Shown: piece after piece, positions 24,364 through 37,360 of the stretch
Numbering within the stretch: position 1 is the stretch's first letter
Layout: each line of letters begins with the position of its first letter
Assembly: GCA_964658305.1 (NCBI GenBank)
Contig: OZ210885.1
Location: forward strand, 19,840,001 to 19,904,000
Source: Leptogorgia sarmentosa
Taxonomy: Eukaryota
Direction: 5' to 3'
DNA length: 64,000 nucleotides
The notes under the pieces: generated by a model
The model's input: only the letters and a program-made list of their open reading frames with translations
Told to the model about the DNA's origin: nothing
The model's database searches: none
Made by a program: the position numbers and the translations under genes

Positions 24364-26305
24364 ATATTCAGGTAAATGATTTCAAGTCTCTTATTGACAC
24401 GTATGTTAAACCATACCTAGAAAAGCATATCACATCCTTTAGTGGTGGACAAATAAGCAAATCGCTCCCTGAATGGGAAGCTCTAACATCCGATCCAGTT
24501 ATCTTACAAATTGTAAAAGGGGAAAAAATTGAATTCATAGAAAAACCCCCAACCCAAACTGTATGTGCTGGTAATTCAATTGCAAAAGATCATCACATAA
24601 AAATCCAGCTAGAGATAGATAGCCTTTTACATAAGAAAGTATTAGTGCAATGTCCACATGAGCATGGGGAATTTGTATCACCAATTTTTTCCGTCCCCAA
24701 GAAGGATGACAAAGTACGTTTAATTTTAAATTTAAAAAAATCTCAATGAATATGTTAGATATTCTCACTTTAAAATGGATACTATTCATACTGCCTTAGA
24801 CCTGATAACTCAAGGCTGTTGGATGGCATCCCTTGACCTGAAGGATGCTTATTATAGTGTAGGAATTCATCCTGACTCTCAAAAGTATCTAAAATTTTCC
24901 TACAAGTCAAAACTTTACAAGTACACAGCTTATCCTAATGGTCTGTCATCTTGCCCACGCAACTTCACCAAACTTATGAAGCCTGTTCTCTGTGTTTTAA
25001 GAACTAAAGGGCATATAATAATTATTTTCATTGATGACCTCTTGATAGCAACTTCATTTGATAAATGCTGCAGTACTGTTATTGAGACAATTCAACTTCT
25101 GACCAAATTGGGCTTTGTTGTCCACTTAACAAAGTCTGTGTTTGTCCCTCAAAGACATGTTACCTTTTTGGGATTTGTTATTAATTCTATTACAATGAAG
25201 ATTACATTGACTGAGGATAAGATTGTCAAGATCACAAATCACATTTCTAAATTACTTGACTTGCCTTCACCCACAATTCGTGAGGTAGCCCAAGTAATAG
25301 GGTATATGGTGTCCAGCTTACCAGCTGTTCAATATGGCCAATGCCATTACCGAACCATAGAACAGGACAAGATTATTGCCTTAAAAAATTCTAGAGGAGA
25401 TTTTGATTCTCATATGTGTTTATCAGCATCTGCTGTCCAAGATTTACACTGGTGGTTATTAAATCTGCCCAACTCCTTCAATTTTGTGGTTAAACCTGTG
25501 GTAGACATTACCATAAACTCCGATGCTTCACTCTCAGGCTGGGGGGGGAGTCTCAGGAGGGCATTGGACACCCCATGAAGCTAATCACCATATAAACTAT
25601 TTAGAGCTTTTGGCAGCTTTTTTCGTTTTAAAATCATTTCATCACACTATTATTAAGAAGCATGTAAAAATCATGATTGACAACACAACAGCAGTTGCAG
25701 TAATAAACAATATGGGTACTTGCCACAGTGATCCATGCAACTCTATTGCTTGTGAAATTTGGCAATTTTGTGAGAGAAATAATATTTGGCTTACTGCAGC
25801 ATATATCCCAGGCAAACTGAATAACACAGCTGACTTGGAATCCCGAAACAAAAACATTGATACAGAATGGATGTTAAACCCCCAATGTTTGGCACAGGCT
25901 TTAGCCAGTATACCATTCTCTCCACAGATCGATCTATTTTCTTCACGTATAAACAAGCAATTTGAAGTGTATGTATCATATCGACCAGACCCATATGCCA
26001 AGCATATTGATGCATTTACAATATCGTGGACAAACGAGAAATTTTATTGTTTCCCCCCATTCAGCTGCATCCTGAAGGCCATCCGCAAGGTGATCCAGGA
26101 CCAGGCAAGAGGGATTCTGGTGGTCCCCTATTGGCCCACCCAGACGTGGTACCCGATGTTACTGCTGATCCTGGAACAACCACCCACAATCCTTCAGGCA
26201 TCACCCACACTGTTACAAATGCCATCTCAGCCAGACCTTCGCCATCCACTTCACAACAAACTGAGACTAGCTATCTGTCTTGTATGTGGGAAAAATTACA
26301 GGTAA
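24354..26305 (+). pseudogene. DIRS pol: reverse transcriptase, RNase H and DNA N6-adenine methyltransferase-like domain, two frameshifts
   Basis: FVSPIFSVPKKD..RLILNLK; SLDLKDAYY; IFIDDLL; SDASLSGWG; HINYLELLA; DNTTAV; IDLFSSR...DAF..SW....YCFPPF. Frameshifts near 24740 and in the G-run at ~25541-25548. Confidence 0.9.
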
Positions 26306-27219
26306 AAGGTTTTACTAAGGACACTATAGACATAATCCTAAGCTCCTGGCGGGATGGTACTAAATCTCAGTATCAATCAGTAGCGAAGAGATGGTTCGAA
26401 TTTTGTGAGAAAAATGAGTGTGATGCTATCTCGCCTACATTACCTCTTGCACTGGGTTTTCTATCAGAGTTACTTAACTCGGGGTTGTCTTACAGTTACA
26501 TAAACACAGCGCGCAGTGCTTTATCCTCTATCCTGTGTTGTAATAACACTAGCATACCTTTTGGGCAATTACCGATCGTAAAACAGTTTATGAAGGGGGT
26601 CTTTGAAACACGACCATCCTTACCCAGATACAGTTCCACGTGGGATATAAATATTGCGTTTAACTACATTCGGCAACAAAAGCCTTTATCACTATTGTCA
26701 CTGAAGGACCTTTCCCACAGAGTCGCATTTCTCTTGTGTCTGCTAAGTGGGCAGAGGTGTCGGACCCTTAGCAAGCTGTCTATCGAAAATATGACAATCG
26801 ATCAATCAACAGTGACGTTCATTATAACGGAAAAGCTGAAGCACACCCGAGTAGGTGCTCACCAAGAACCCTTGCAATTTCTAGCATATCCTCCAGACCG
26901 AAACTTATGTAGCCCCCTACGGGGTGATAACAAGCAACTATTCATTAGCTTTATCCGCCCTCACCAACCAGTGTCTAAAGATACCATTTCTAATTGGATA
27001 AAGAACTTTATGACATCTGCGGGCATTGACACCTCTAAGTATACGACACACAGCACCCGAGCAGCTTCTGCGTCTCATTTGGCAGCTAGACAGTTCGACG
27101 TCAACGATATTATGAAGGCGGCATGTTGGTCCAAGGAAGAAACATTTCAACGTTTTTATAATCGTAACATTGGTTCCAGTTTTAATTTTGGTAGTGCTAT
27201 CTTAGATTCTCTAAGTTGA
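26026..27219 (+). CDS. DIRS tyrosine recombinase (true start uncertain; may carry a small internal deletion)
   Basis: Catalytic R (SGQRC), HSTR, W (ACWS) and Y (RFYNR). N-terminal core-binding region SWRDGTKSQY...GLSYSYINTARSALS. Confidence 0.88.
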   Translation: MDKREILLFPPIQLHPEGHPQGDPGPGKRDSGGPLLAHPDVVPDVTADPGTTTHNPSGITHTVTNAISARPSPSTSQQTETSYLSCMWEKLQVKGFTKDTIDIILSSWRDGTKSQYQSVAKRWFEFCEKNECDAISPTLPLALGFLSELLNSGLSYSYINTARSALSSILCCNNTSIPFGQLPIVKQFMKGVFETRPSLPRYSSTWDINIAFNYIRQQKPLSLLSLKDLSHRVAFLLCLLSGQRCRTLSKLSIENMTIDQSTVTFIITEKLKHTRVGAHQEPLQFLAYPPDRNLCSPLRGDNKQLFISFIRPHQPVSKDTISNWIKNFMTSAGIDTSKYTTHSTRAASASHLAARQFDVNDIMKAACWSKEETFQRFYNRNIGSSFNFGSAILDSLS

Positions 27220-28035
27220 ACACTCACGTAATATAGGTTGTATTACACTTTGTAGTTATGTTCGAAATTTTTTGTTGTTCCTTTGTGTAATGAAAGTAGG
27301 CCAAATGATGTAAATTACGTGCTTCTCTTGGGAATAAATCTACCCTCATTTCCATGCATTAATGGATGTAATATTGGTCCAACGACTGCTCTAAATTCTC
27401 GTACAACTCCGTAACGACTTCGGCTGATGACGAAATAGAATTGGAAATTACACGAGACTTACCTGGAAGTCGAAGTTTGATTGTAATTCTATGAGTCATC
27501 AGCCAGGAGTGGAGGAGTTGTACGCCCTCCCAACTTATGACCCTTTCCCAAACTCCTCCACTCGTCCTTGAACCAATATTACCGCTCTAAAGACTGGTTG
27601 ACGCATGCGTGGTACTGTCTCTCGTACAACTCCTCCACTCCTGGCTGATGACTCATAGAATTACAATCAAACTTCGACTTCCAGGTAAGTCTCGTTTAAT
27701 TTCCAATTACATGTGACTGGGTAATTACAATGTTAATGTTAATAGCTTCAGCGAATTACTATCATCCCAGTCTCATCTCTACAGTGCATATATTTGTACT
27801 GTTTGTGCTCTGCTCAAGTTGAGCTGGTAAACCTTCTGCACTGCATGGGCTGCTATAGCAACTCAGCTTGCCCTGTTGAGGGGTCACTTCACAATTTTCC
27901 ATGAACAACCCCCAGGATCAGCTGTTGTTCAGCAGGAGGATGAAAAGAGCAATATAACACTCAAAGCTGACACACATGCATCTGTAATAAGTAAAAATAT
28001 ATAAATAAGAAGATAAAAGAACAGTAGCCCTATGC

Positions 28036-29053
28036 CAGGGGCAGATCCAGCGTTTTGAGCGTAGTTAGTCGCAAAGGGGTCGTGCCAAAGGCACGACCCA
28101 GCCTAGGGGGGTCCAGGGGTATTCCCCCCGGGAAAATTTTGAAAATTGAAGCTCAGAAATGGCATTTCCGGGCATTTTAGAGCAGTTTTAAATAATAAAA
28201 TTTACGAGGTTTTAGGTCTGATTAAAGCACTGGTTGCAAATTTTCAACCGTTTCGCTCAACATCAGAGCTCATCAGCATGCCTAGGATGTACTTTGAAAT
28301 ATTAATTCAGTATAACACCGACAGGGATGAAATTTTCTGCATTAATATTTTGAAAAATATCAACTCCAACACGCTGTAGTATATTAGCCTTCGTACATTG
28401 TGCGAGATAATATTGACGCTGACATTTCATCGTAAATACGACGCAAAGTTACTTCATCTTTGCTAGATAAAGCACTTTTTACGCGGTCTTGTATTAAAGA
28501 CGCCATACTATCGATACTATGAGATGAGTGCAAGTGGTACAAGCAAGCTACTCTGCAAGCTAGCTAAGCAAGCTACTCTGCAAGCTAGCTAAGCGCGCAT
28601 TTTGTCCGCAGGATTTGCACGCAAAACCGCATTGAAATGTTGCAAAAACGAAGGCTCGATACCATGCGCAATGACGTAAATTGTGATTTTGACCAATCAG
28701 AAGTCAAAATCGTGCTTACCCAAGCCTGCATGTTAGTCGCAACTCGCTGGCGCGACTTACTTTGCGGGCAGCGCTTGAACTCGTTGTTAGGTTACATGAT
28801 TTGTTTATAATAGTTCGCGTTCTCCGTTTGACCTTTGACTGGAATATGATACTTCATTTAAATAAAATTTAAATACGAAGTTTAAAAGATGGAAATCGTT
28901 CATTTTGTAATAAATATTTCGAAAATATTTGATTATATTTGGCGAATTAATCATTGAAAAATTATTTAAGAAATTATTGCAATAAATCAATAATCCTCTG
29001 GATTTTTTTACTACGTCCTGCGACGTATAAGACGTAGTCTGGATCTGCCCCTG
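28036..29053. mobile_element. Non-autonomous hAT-like element, 1018 bp
   Basis: 15-bp TIR CAGGGGCAGATCCAG. Perfect 8-bp TSD CCCTATGC at 28028-28035 and 29054-29061. Internal 25-bp tandem duplication at ~28541-28594. Confidence 0.9.
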
Positions 29054-32047
29054 CCCTATGCCTAATGATTTGTGTAGGAACTCCTCCCTATAATAATGGT
29101 TGTCCAGGGATGAGTAGAAAAAAAATTCAATAAGGCACTTTTGGGGACATTAACCATCTTAAAAACCCATAATAATTTAGCTGTAATACGGAATAAGTGT
29201 TTGGTCGTGAAACCTGCTTGAGGCGACAGCTGATGTCAAAATGCAACATGTAAATAGCAACCCAAAATTAAAATCTACATTAAGCCTAAAAAAACATGGT
29301 TTCAAATATTCAAATATTCCTGTGAAACTAATTGAACACCTGGTGTAATATATAACTTTACAATCTCGCCACTAATTCACAAGTTATTCAACAAAATAAT
29401 CTTTCTTGGCAACAAGGCGAAGTACCATATTTGGTACTTGTCGAAATGAGTCATGTCGACTCAAAGTGAAATTTCTCATCACGGGGAGGGGGTATTTTGG
29501 GGCTAAAACCATACGTTTTTAGTTTATATATTTGTCTTCATACTCAGAAAAAATTTAAAAAATCGAACCACAGGAATTCGAGATTTTTCAGTTTAAAAAT
29601 CGTAAACAGAAATCAAATTTAGCTGTCATGTTGAAATGACCCTTCGATATCTGATGATAAAAATGAAGCAGTAATTAACGCTTACCTCACTTCAAATTCC
29701 AGATATCAGAAGTTCAACTCTTCCTTTTACAGAATTCTAGCAATTCCAGCATCAGATTTGAATAAAAATACTCAAAATTTGAATAGTTTTGTGCGCTATG
29801 CAAATTATTTTGTTCAAAATCCTCGCAAAAGCAAAGTCAAAATGACGCGATTTGATTGGTCGAGAAATTCACGTGACAGCTGTCCAACCTCCTCTCACCA
29901 CTGACAAGCAAAAATGCGGTGAATGAATAAGAAATTAAAGTATTTTCACCTCCCTTGAAATTAAAAATCCTTATTAAATTGTTGTACAATTTGCCTGCAA
30001 AGATATATTTTTGTCTAAAAATTGTCGAAAAGTGTTAATCAGCTGAATTTTCGCTCATTCATACTGCTGGAACTCGGGCAGAAGAACGAATGTATCCCTT
30101 TAGCGGTAAGAAATTTATATTAACGCTCTAGGCTCGATACTTTTTGGTTGTAAACATTTTTAAAAATGTTGGACGATTTTTTAATGCATTTGCTTCAACA
30201 AAAACACAGCATCTAGGCACTTATTGTAATGTTTGTGTAGATCTTGCTTTAGTTCTTATTTATCTGGGAACATGTTGTTTTATGTTTCACACAAGCAATA
30301 AAAAGAGTATTTATTGTGTTCATTTTTGAATTTCCAGTTTCAGGTTGTTCTGTACAGCATGTGGGTCAAAAATGTAAACAGATCAACAGGTGGATTATTC
30401 AACCTAGTTTGTTCTTGTGATGGATAGACATGTATACATGATATGTTTGGAAAGGATCAAAATGAGAAAGCCAAACTGACTACTCAAGATATCCTGTATT
30501 TTTCTTCAAAAAGATTGCCTCAACATCACAAACAGGGCTGCATACTTGAATTATAGAAAAAACTGGAATTATTAGTGAGGAATAGTTTGTTGGTATTGCA
30601 AGAAACATTGCCTTACGTGGGGCATACAATTGGTGTCCCTCAAAGGAATTGTAGATCCAGCGAGGCAACCCACCACTATGAACCTTCACTGCTGTGTTAT
30701 CTATATTTATCTAATTTATAGTAGTGTTTGTATACATATATGTTTATAAATTTTACTGTGTTGTCTATCTACCATCTGCATTAATTTAATGTTGATATTA
30801 ATTGGCTTATAAGGGATGTTTAAGATCTTTAGTTTTTGACTTACTTTGACAAATTCTCAATGTGAAAAATAGTTTTTGAATACAATCAGATTATATACAT
30901 GATGTACATATGTTGATTTTATATTGTCTGAACACATCATCCATGAGGTGTGAATTGCATATTACCAATGCATCAAATGCAGATATCAAGATCTGGCAAC
31001 AATATTTACCACAATGGTAATGCATTTAAAGACTTGTTCTTGTAATGTTATAATTTATGAAGTCTCACTTGCAGAGTTTAGGGCTTAGGTGTTGGATTGG
31101 CATTAGGATTGGCACCAGGTTTGAATGGGCTATGGTTAAAATTGTCCATTATGAATTACCCTGCTCTGAGGATAGCTTGATAATCAAATACAGGTTTTTC
31201 TACCTGGATTTAATACAATAAATTACATGAATCTAGAGTATGGGAGTACCTAATTCTTCGTCAAAAGCTGAAATATATTTTGCACACTGATGGAAATCAC
31301 TGTCAGCAGGCTAAAAATTAAAATATTTCTGATGTATTGACTACAAGAGTAAAATGGTACTGTATATCACAACATGAAAATTTTTTTCTGAAAATGTGTA
31401 TTTGTACTAAAAAAACAATACAAAATGTTGTTGTGGCAGAGATGTCAGTGTCATGCAAGTACACAAGAAGTCATGTTCTGAAAATCGGCAATGATCAGAT
31501 TATATAAATACATTTCAAATGCCATGCAATAAATAAACGCAGCTAGCTCGTATCAGCCTGCCTGGTGAATTTGCCAAATAATGCTTAAGTACTATAGAGA
31601 AGTATCCAATTGTATATTTCATATTGATTTCATATTCGTAGTATTTCATCGCATCGTCTTTATTCAATAACGCTCGTTTTAAATTTATATTTCCAGTTTG
31701 AACTCTTGGTACATTAAATTCTTTCATTTCAAGTGAAGATATTATAAGTTTACGACTTTGTGAAGTCTGCAAACGTAAAAAAGCACAGTGAATCATATAA
31801 TATAAATAAAGCAAAATCTTGAAATCCAGGGGGGGTTGAACCATGTCACCCGCAGTGCAACGAGCCCTGGTCAGTGGACATTCCCATGAACGGTGTACCC
31901 CAGCTGTACCCCGGTGATGTCACATCCGCCATGTTTTTCAGGACACTTCAAAGTGGAGAGCCCGATCTCCAGATAATTAAGTATAGCTCAGTGGTTTAGA
32001 TTAAATACATCAAGCCAAATACTTTTAAACACAACGTAAAATTATGC

Positions 32048-32990
32048 TCAATATTTAGTAGCAAAACCTTTTGCTTTGATAACTTTTTCAATACGTCTAG
32101 GCATAGACGTAACCAACTTTCGGACATGCATAAGAGGAATTTCTTTCCACTCTTCTTCAACAGCCACTTGCAGCTCCAGGACATTTCTTGGTGCTGGATT
32201 TCTTGCACTTATAGCCCGCTTTAAAGTCATCCAGAGATTCTCAATAGGATTGAGATCTGGACTTTGTGCTGGCCACTTCATGCATTTTAAGGTTGTTCCT
32301 CCTCTTCCAGGATGTCACCAGATTAGCTTGGTGTAGTGGAGCATTATCATCTCGTAATATTGTGTCCTTGTTAAGGCGTTGTCTACTAGCAACCAATGGC
32401 AATAAATGAGACATGCCGCCCCATACCATAATTGACGCCCCTCCAGTTTTCACTGAACCAAGGGTGCAACAAGGTCACAGTTGATTTCCACCACACAAAT
32501 ACTCGTCCATCACTTCCGCTGATTTTAATTTTTCACTCATCAGTGAATATGACCTTCTTCCAGTATGCAAGTGTTTTCTTTCTCATCAGCCTTGCCCACT
32601 CTATTCTTTTCTTTTTATTTTTTGTGCTAATGAATGGCTTCTTACGGGCCTGTCATCCTTTATATTGAAGTGAATGTAGTCGCCTTCTGGTAGTCATTTC
32701 ACTAACGTTCTTGTGGATAGCTGCACTCCACGTTCTCGCCAAAATCTTTGCTGTTGCACAGCGGTCTTCTCTCACCAGCCTTGCCAAACTCCTCTCTTCT
32801 CTTAGCGTGGTCATCGGAGGCCTTCCAGAACGAGGTGCTGTTTGAACATTTCCACAGATTTGAAACCTTCTCAGGATAGTTGCAATTGTGCCTCGTGGTC
32901 GCTTGGTCTCTGCAGCAATCTTTGATATCGAAAGTCCTTCTCTTGACATTCCAACAATAAATTATCGCTCTTTTTCTGTGAGTTCTTCAC
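32048..32990 (-). pseudogene. Tc1 (DD34E-type) transposase, degenerate
   Basis: Paired-like HTH, PRSGRPP, VIFTDE, SIMVWGGM, DDNAPLH, WPAQSPDLNPIENLW, SMPRRIEKVIKAKGFATKY. Stops, frameshifts and a deletion. Confidence 0.9.
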
Positions 32991-32994
32991 CTAC

Positions 32995-34817
32995 AATCAC
33001 TTTCAGATGTGTTGGGACTGATTCCCCAAATACCTATCATTTTCTGAATCGTCAATCCCCCTTGCCCCCAATACAATGTTGTGTTATAGTTGCCACTTGG
33101 TTTTTACGTACAATCATGGGTGGGGGAGGGGAGGGGTGTTATTATATGGCTTTTAATTATTCGCACAATACCACTGATGTCCTAAGACCACTGGTGTCCC
33201 AACTACTTATGAATATGATTGTCTGAAATATCCCATTTTAAATATCCGAGGTACCGAACGTTTTAAAATTTTTTCAAGACAGAATTCTAAACTAACTTGC
33301 TCTAGCAAATTAAGTAAATCAATTTGCGACGCTGGTGTTCTTTACGCCGCGTGGTTTCGCAAATATATATTACACATCACATAATAAGCTTCCATACTTG
33401 AAGTATTAGCATATGTGATACACAATGCGAGTTTTTGCAGAAAGTACGTTGATAAATCAGGCCTATGCAAGGGCGAAATACACCTTTATCTGAAAAGCCG
33501 GGCATATCTATAATTGTTCACTAGCGTGCATGGGTAAACAATTCGGTAGAGCCTAAATCCCGTGCATAATATTAGGGAAATATAACATGTATCAAAACAA
33601 CTGCACGGTTGACACTGTCAATCCTGTACGAATTTCATAGTTTTAACATGCGGTTTTCACAGCAATATCTATTTTATTGATAATAAATTAATGACAGTAG
33701 AGAGGAGGCGTAGACTGATAGACTACAAACCATAACAGTGGCAATTTAGCGGGAGAAAATCATGCAAATATACGATTGACACCTCAAAATAAAAACATGA
33801 TTCTACTATATCTATATCTTTATTTAGCAAAAAGTGTCAACCGTGCCAAAAACTTGGTAAATTCATATCAATAAACCAAGTTTTGTGTCAGAACATTGCT
33901 AAATATTCCCTAGATATTGTTCGTAAATTTAATTTCATCAAAATGCTTTCTGTCTGCCCATTATTTCAGTTTTAGTTAGTGTCAACCGTGATGTGAAGTG
34001 CAGTTTGAACTTGCGATATTCAATTACACTGTCTCAACTGGAAATGCTTATTGACGAGCAAGCGCATACAGACTACATTTCCCAGATGTATAAGCCTTTC
34101 GATTCCATTATGGAGAGAAACGGATCGTTCCAATGGCTGTGATAATATATGAGGGTTGTTTAGTCTCATTTGTCTTGGAAACACGTTTCCAGTCGTTTAC
34201 TTGTTGATTGTTTATATGACAATAACTGCCGAAATCTCAGCATTGTGCGATAAATCAAACCCAAATATGATTCGCTAAACATAGATGGCACAAGTTATAT
34301 GCCTTAAGACAACTAACCTACAATGCCTGATCTATTAGTATTAGAATGAGTATCAAAATGCCTCGTCAACATATCCCTGGACATCCATATAAGTTTATCC
34401 TGTTAATTATTAACTTTTTGAATTTCAATCACACCGGAATGTTTGAGAAATTTTATGCCGATATTTACATACAAAACTAGTTATATATAAAACGTTTTTA
34501 TATTATTGAATGAATTTTATTTGGTTTGAAACGATTGAAATATTGCTATATGGGTTCAGATAATCACTTTCAGATGTGTTGGGACTGATTCCCCAAATAC
34601 CTATCATTTTCTGAATCGTCAATCCCCCTTGCCCCCAATACAATGTTGTGTTATAGTTGGCACTTGGTTTTTACGTACAATCATGTATGTATTGGAAAAA
34701 CAACATTGAATGGGGTGGGGGAGGGGAGGGGTGTTATTATATGGCTTTTAATTATTCGCACAATACCACTGATGTCCTAAGACCACTGGTGTCCCAACGA
34801 CTTATGAATATGATTGT
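32995..34817 (+). repeat. Direct repeat pair: 32995-33222 and 34562-34817
   Basis: Near-identical ~230-bp copies; the second has an extra ~28-bp segment. Both include the probable start of the Gypsy LTR (TGTTATTATATGG). Confidence 0.9.
33599..34005. repeat. MITE-like inverted repeat with motif CACGGTTGACACT
   Basis: Motif at 33604-33616 (+) and inverted at 33833-33845 and 33978-33990. AACTGCAC/GTGCAGTT at the outer edges. No TSD seen. Confidence 0.4.
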
Positions 34818-37330
34818 ATACCCATCTTTTGGCTTTCGAGTTATAATGCAAATATGGAGCACGAATACACAGTAAAAGTTGTGGGAGGTACGAATGTTGT
34901 TACACTGCACATATAAATCTTGTGTTATTGTATCATGTCCTTGTCGTGTATGTGTTTTAATACGATTCTGATGTATGGGTTTTAATGTTAGCGCTTGTTT
35001 GGGAACCAAATAAATGTTCTGGACAAAGCCGTTTCTGCGGGTCACACAGTGGAAGAAACCAAACGCCATGCCAAAGAGCTCAAGGAACACCAAGAATCAT
35101 CTGAAATCCACAAAATTAACCGTGTCAAGGAGAAGCCAACCCACAATCCTGACAAGAGATCCAAGCACCGTGATGGGCTGATCAACAAATGCAAATTCTG
35201 TGGTGGCTCTCACCAACGTGGGAAATGCCCTGCATATGGTAAACGGTGCCATAGGTGCCAGCGAAGAAACCTGAAACATAAAGATCGCACCGTGAATGTC
35301 CTCTTTATTGTCATTGACTCCGATTCATTTCCCATTCTCGGACTCAATACATTCGTTACATTCAACCTAATAAAGCAAGTATACCAAATTTCCAAAAATA
35401 TCCAATCTACCACACCAATCCAAGAAGCGTTCTTGGACTGCTTTGGCGAAATTGGCTGTTTACCTGGCTGGCGTACATCACATTGACATACGAGATGATG
35501 TCAAGCCTGTGATTGCGAACAGGAACTACAACAAACTCCAACAGAAACTACAACGCATGGTGAACCTCGAAATCATTGAAAAAGTAACGAAACCCACTGA
35601 CTGGGTTAATGCACTCGTCATAGTATCTAAACCAAATGGATGCCCTCCGAGTCTGCCTTGACCCTCGACCCCTCAATAAGGCTATCAAACGCCAACACCG
35701 CCGCTTACCCACTGCTGAAGAAATCATCTCGCAAATGGCTGGTGCTCAGTATTTCTCCAAGATGGATGCCTGGTCCGGATATTGGCAAGTCAAGGTAGAC
35801 GACGAAAGTGCGACCCTCCTCACCTTTGGTACCCCATTCGGACGATACCGTTTTAAACGCCTCCCCTTCAGAATACTTTCCGCTAGCGAGGTGTTCCAAG
35901 CTGAAGTCGCTACCATCATTGCAAATCTCCCAGGATGCGCCAACTCGCAAGACGACATCATTGTGTGGGGAATAACCAAAGAGAAACACGACAATCGCCT
36001 CAGAAATGTCCTCAACTGTATTTGTGCCAGTGGTTTGAAACTCAACCCACGCAAGTGCGTGTTTGCCGCTACCTCCTTAGTAACCCCCAATAAAGTCGAA
36101 GCCATTATCAAAATGCCACTTCCTCAGAATAAAACTGACCTTCATGGCCATAGTCAACTACATTGGAAAATTTATCCCAAATCTCTCACACATCACTCCA
36201 CCAGCTGCTGAAGAAAAGTGTCCATTTTGACCTCCAACAACCACAGCTCGATGCCATCAACGAGATAAAACGTCTCATCACGTCTCCCCCTTGTCTCAAG
36301 TTCTACGATCCGAAGACGCTTCTTCATGAAGCTCTAGAAATACGACTTCGATCTCGAATACGCTCCAGGAAAGACTATGGTCGTCTCCGATGCCCTCAGC
36401 AGAGCATACCTCCAACGTCCCTCATCCCCGGAATTGGAAGAATCCGACTTGATCCAGTACGTCCACTCGATCATAGACTCCTTGCCAATCAGCACAGCAA
36501 GGCTGATGCAACTCCAACGGGAGACCACCTCCTACCCAGTTCTCCAACAACTCAAGCAGTTTACCCTAACTGGTTGGCCCCAACACAAACAGCAAATTCC
36601 AGCAGCAGTCAAACCCTAACATGCCATTCGAGGAGAAATCCTACTAAAAGGGCCAACGCATCATCATCCCTGCCTCACTACGCTCCATCATGAAAGAGAT
36701 TATCCACCAAGGTCACAACGGCATTGCTCGATGTAAAAGTCGTGCTCCCCAGTCCCTATATTGGCCCAGCATGAATTCTGAAATCAACAACTTTGTCTCT
36801 CATTGCACACATTGTCAGACACACCGCAACCGCCAACAGAAAGAAACGCTCCTTCCACACACTGTGCCAGCTGTGCCCTGGACGAAAGTGGCGTCAGACT
36901 TGTTCACACTGTATGGGCATAGTTATGTTATTGTCACCGACTACACTTCGAAATACATCGAGATTGAAGTATTCCTGATAAATCCTCTCTAACTGTCGTA
37001 AACAGAACGAAGAAAATCTTCGCTCGTCACAGTATACCCAAGGAACTTTACACAGACAACGGCCCTGAATATACCGCTCCAAGTTTCAAGCACTTTTCCA
37101 ACGAGTGGGACTTCAACCACGTCACCTCCAGCCCCCATTTTTCTCAGTTGAACGGGTTCGTGGAGAGAGCAATTCAAACGGTTAAAAAGTCGCTCAAGAA
37201 AGCACATGACGCCAATGAGGATCCATACCTCACGTTGTTGGTCCTAAATACAACACCGGGACCTGATGGTACGTCTCCCGCAATGCGCCTTTTTAACCAC
37301 CAACCCCGCACCATGCTACCATCTTGAAAA
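34731..37330 (+). mobile_element. Degenerate Ty3/Gypsy LTR retrotransposon (partial 5' LTR, gag knuckle, RT, integrase)
   Basis: CKFCGGSH...CPAYGKRCHRC knuckle; LRVCLDPRPLNKAI, FSKMDAWSGYWQ, TFGTPFGRYRFKRLPF, QDDIIVWG; integrase HHCC (HQGHNG...YWP...CTHCQ), PWTKVASDLF, TDNGP. Many frameshifts and deletions; no 3' LTR. Confidence 0.9.
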
Positions 37331-37360
37331 CAGACAGGCACTTCCCCTCCGTCCCAAACC

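Larger units (their letters stand above)
23056..27708 (+). mobile_element. DIRS1-like tyrosine-recombinase retrotransposon, full length
   Basis: Left ITR 23056-~23129, right ITR ~27593-27708. Internal complementary region 27397-27524 matches the outer edges of both termini. Overlapping gag, RT-RNaseH-MT and YR ORFs. Confidence 0.95.
20160..31993. mobile_element. Large non-autonomous TIR element with 8-bp TSD (P- or hAT-like), 11.8 kb including nested elements
   Basis: TIR CACTGAGCTATACTTA(ATTA)TCTGGAGATCGGGCTCTC at both ends. Perfect TSD GTTTAGAT at 20152-20159 and 31994-32001. No transposase recognised inside. Confidence 0.8.
20005..32994 (-). mobile_element. Tc1-family element split by the 20160-31993 insertion; 5' end missing
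   Basis: Tc1-like terminus TA|CAGTTACTTTCCAAAAGTTTGAATACAC at 20005. The transposase remnant lies immediately beyond the other side of the inserted element. Confidence 0.6.

Noticed and set aside
26061..26249. Antisense and alternative-frame ORFs overlapping TE genes (here and many others in the track)
   Set aside because: Shadow ORFs of the identified coding regions, with no independent evidence.
27424..27436. CTGATGA-C-GAAA hammerhead-like core in the DIRS ICR
   Set aside because: There is no stem II and no stem I/III pairing. It is explained as the complement of the left terminus.
30480..31844. Short minus-strand ORFs inside the 11.8-kb element
   Set aside because: No recognisable motifs or consistent exon chain.
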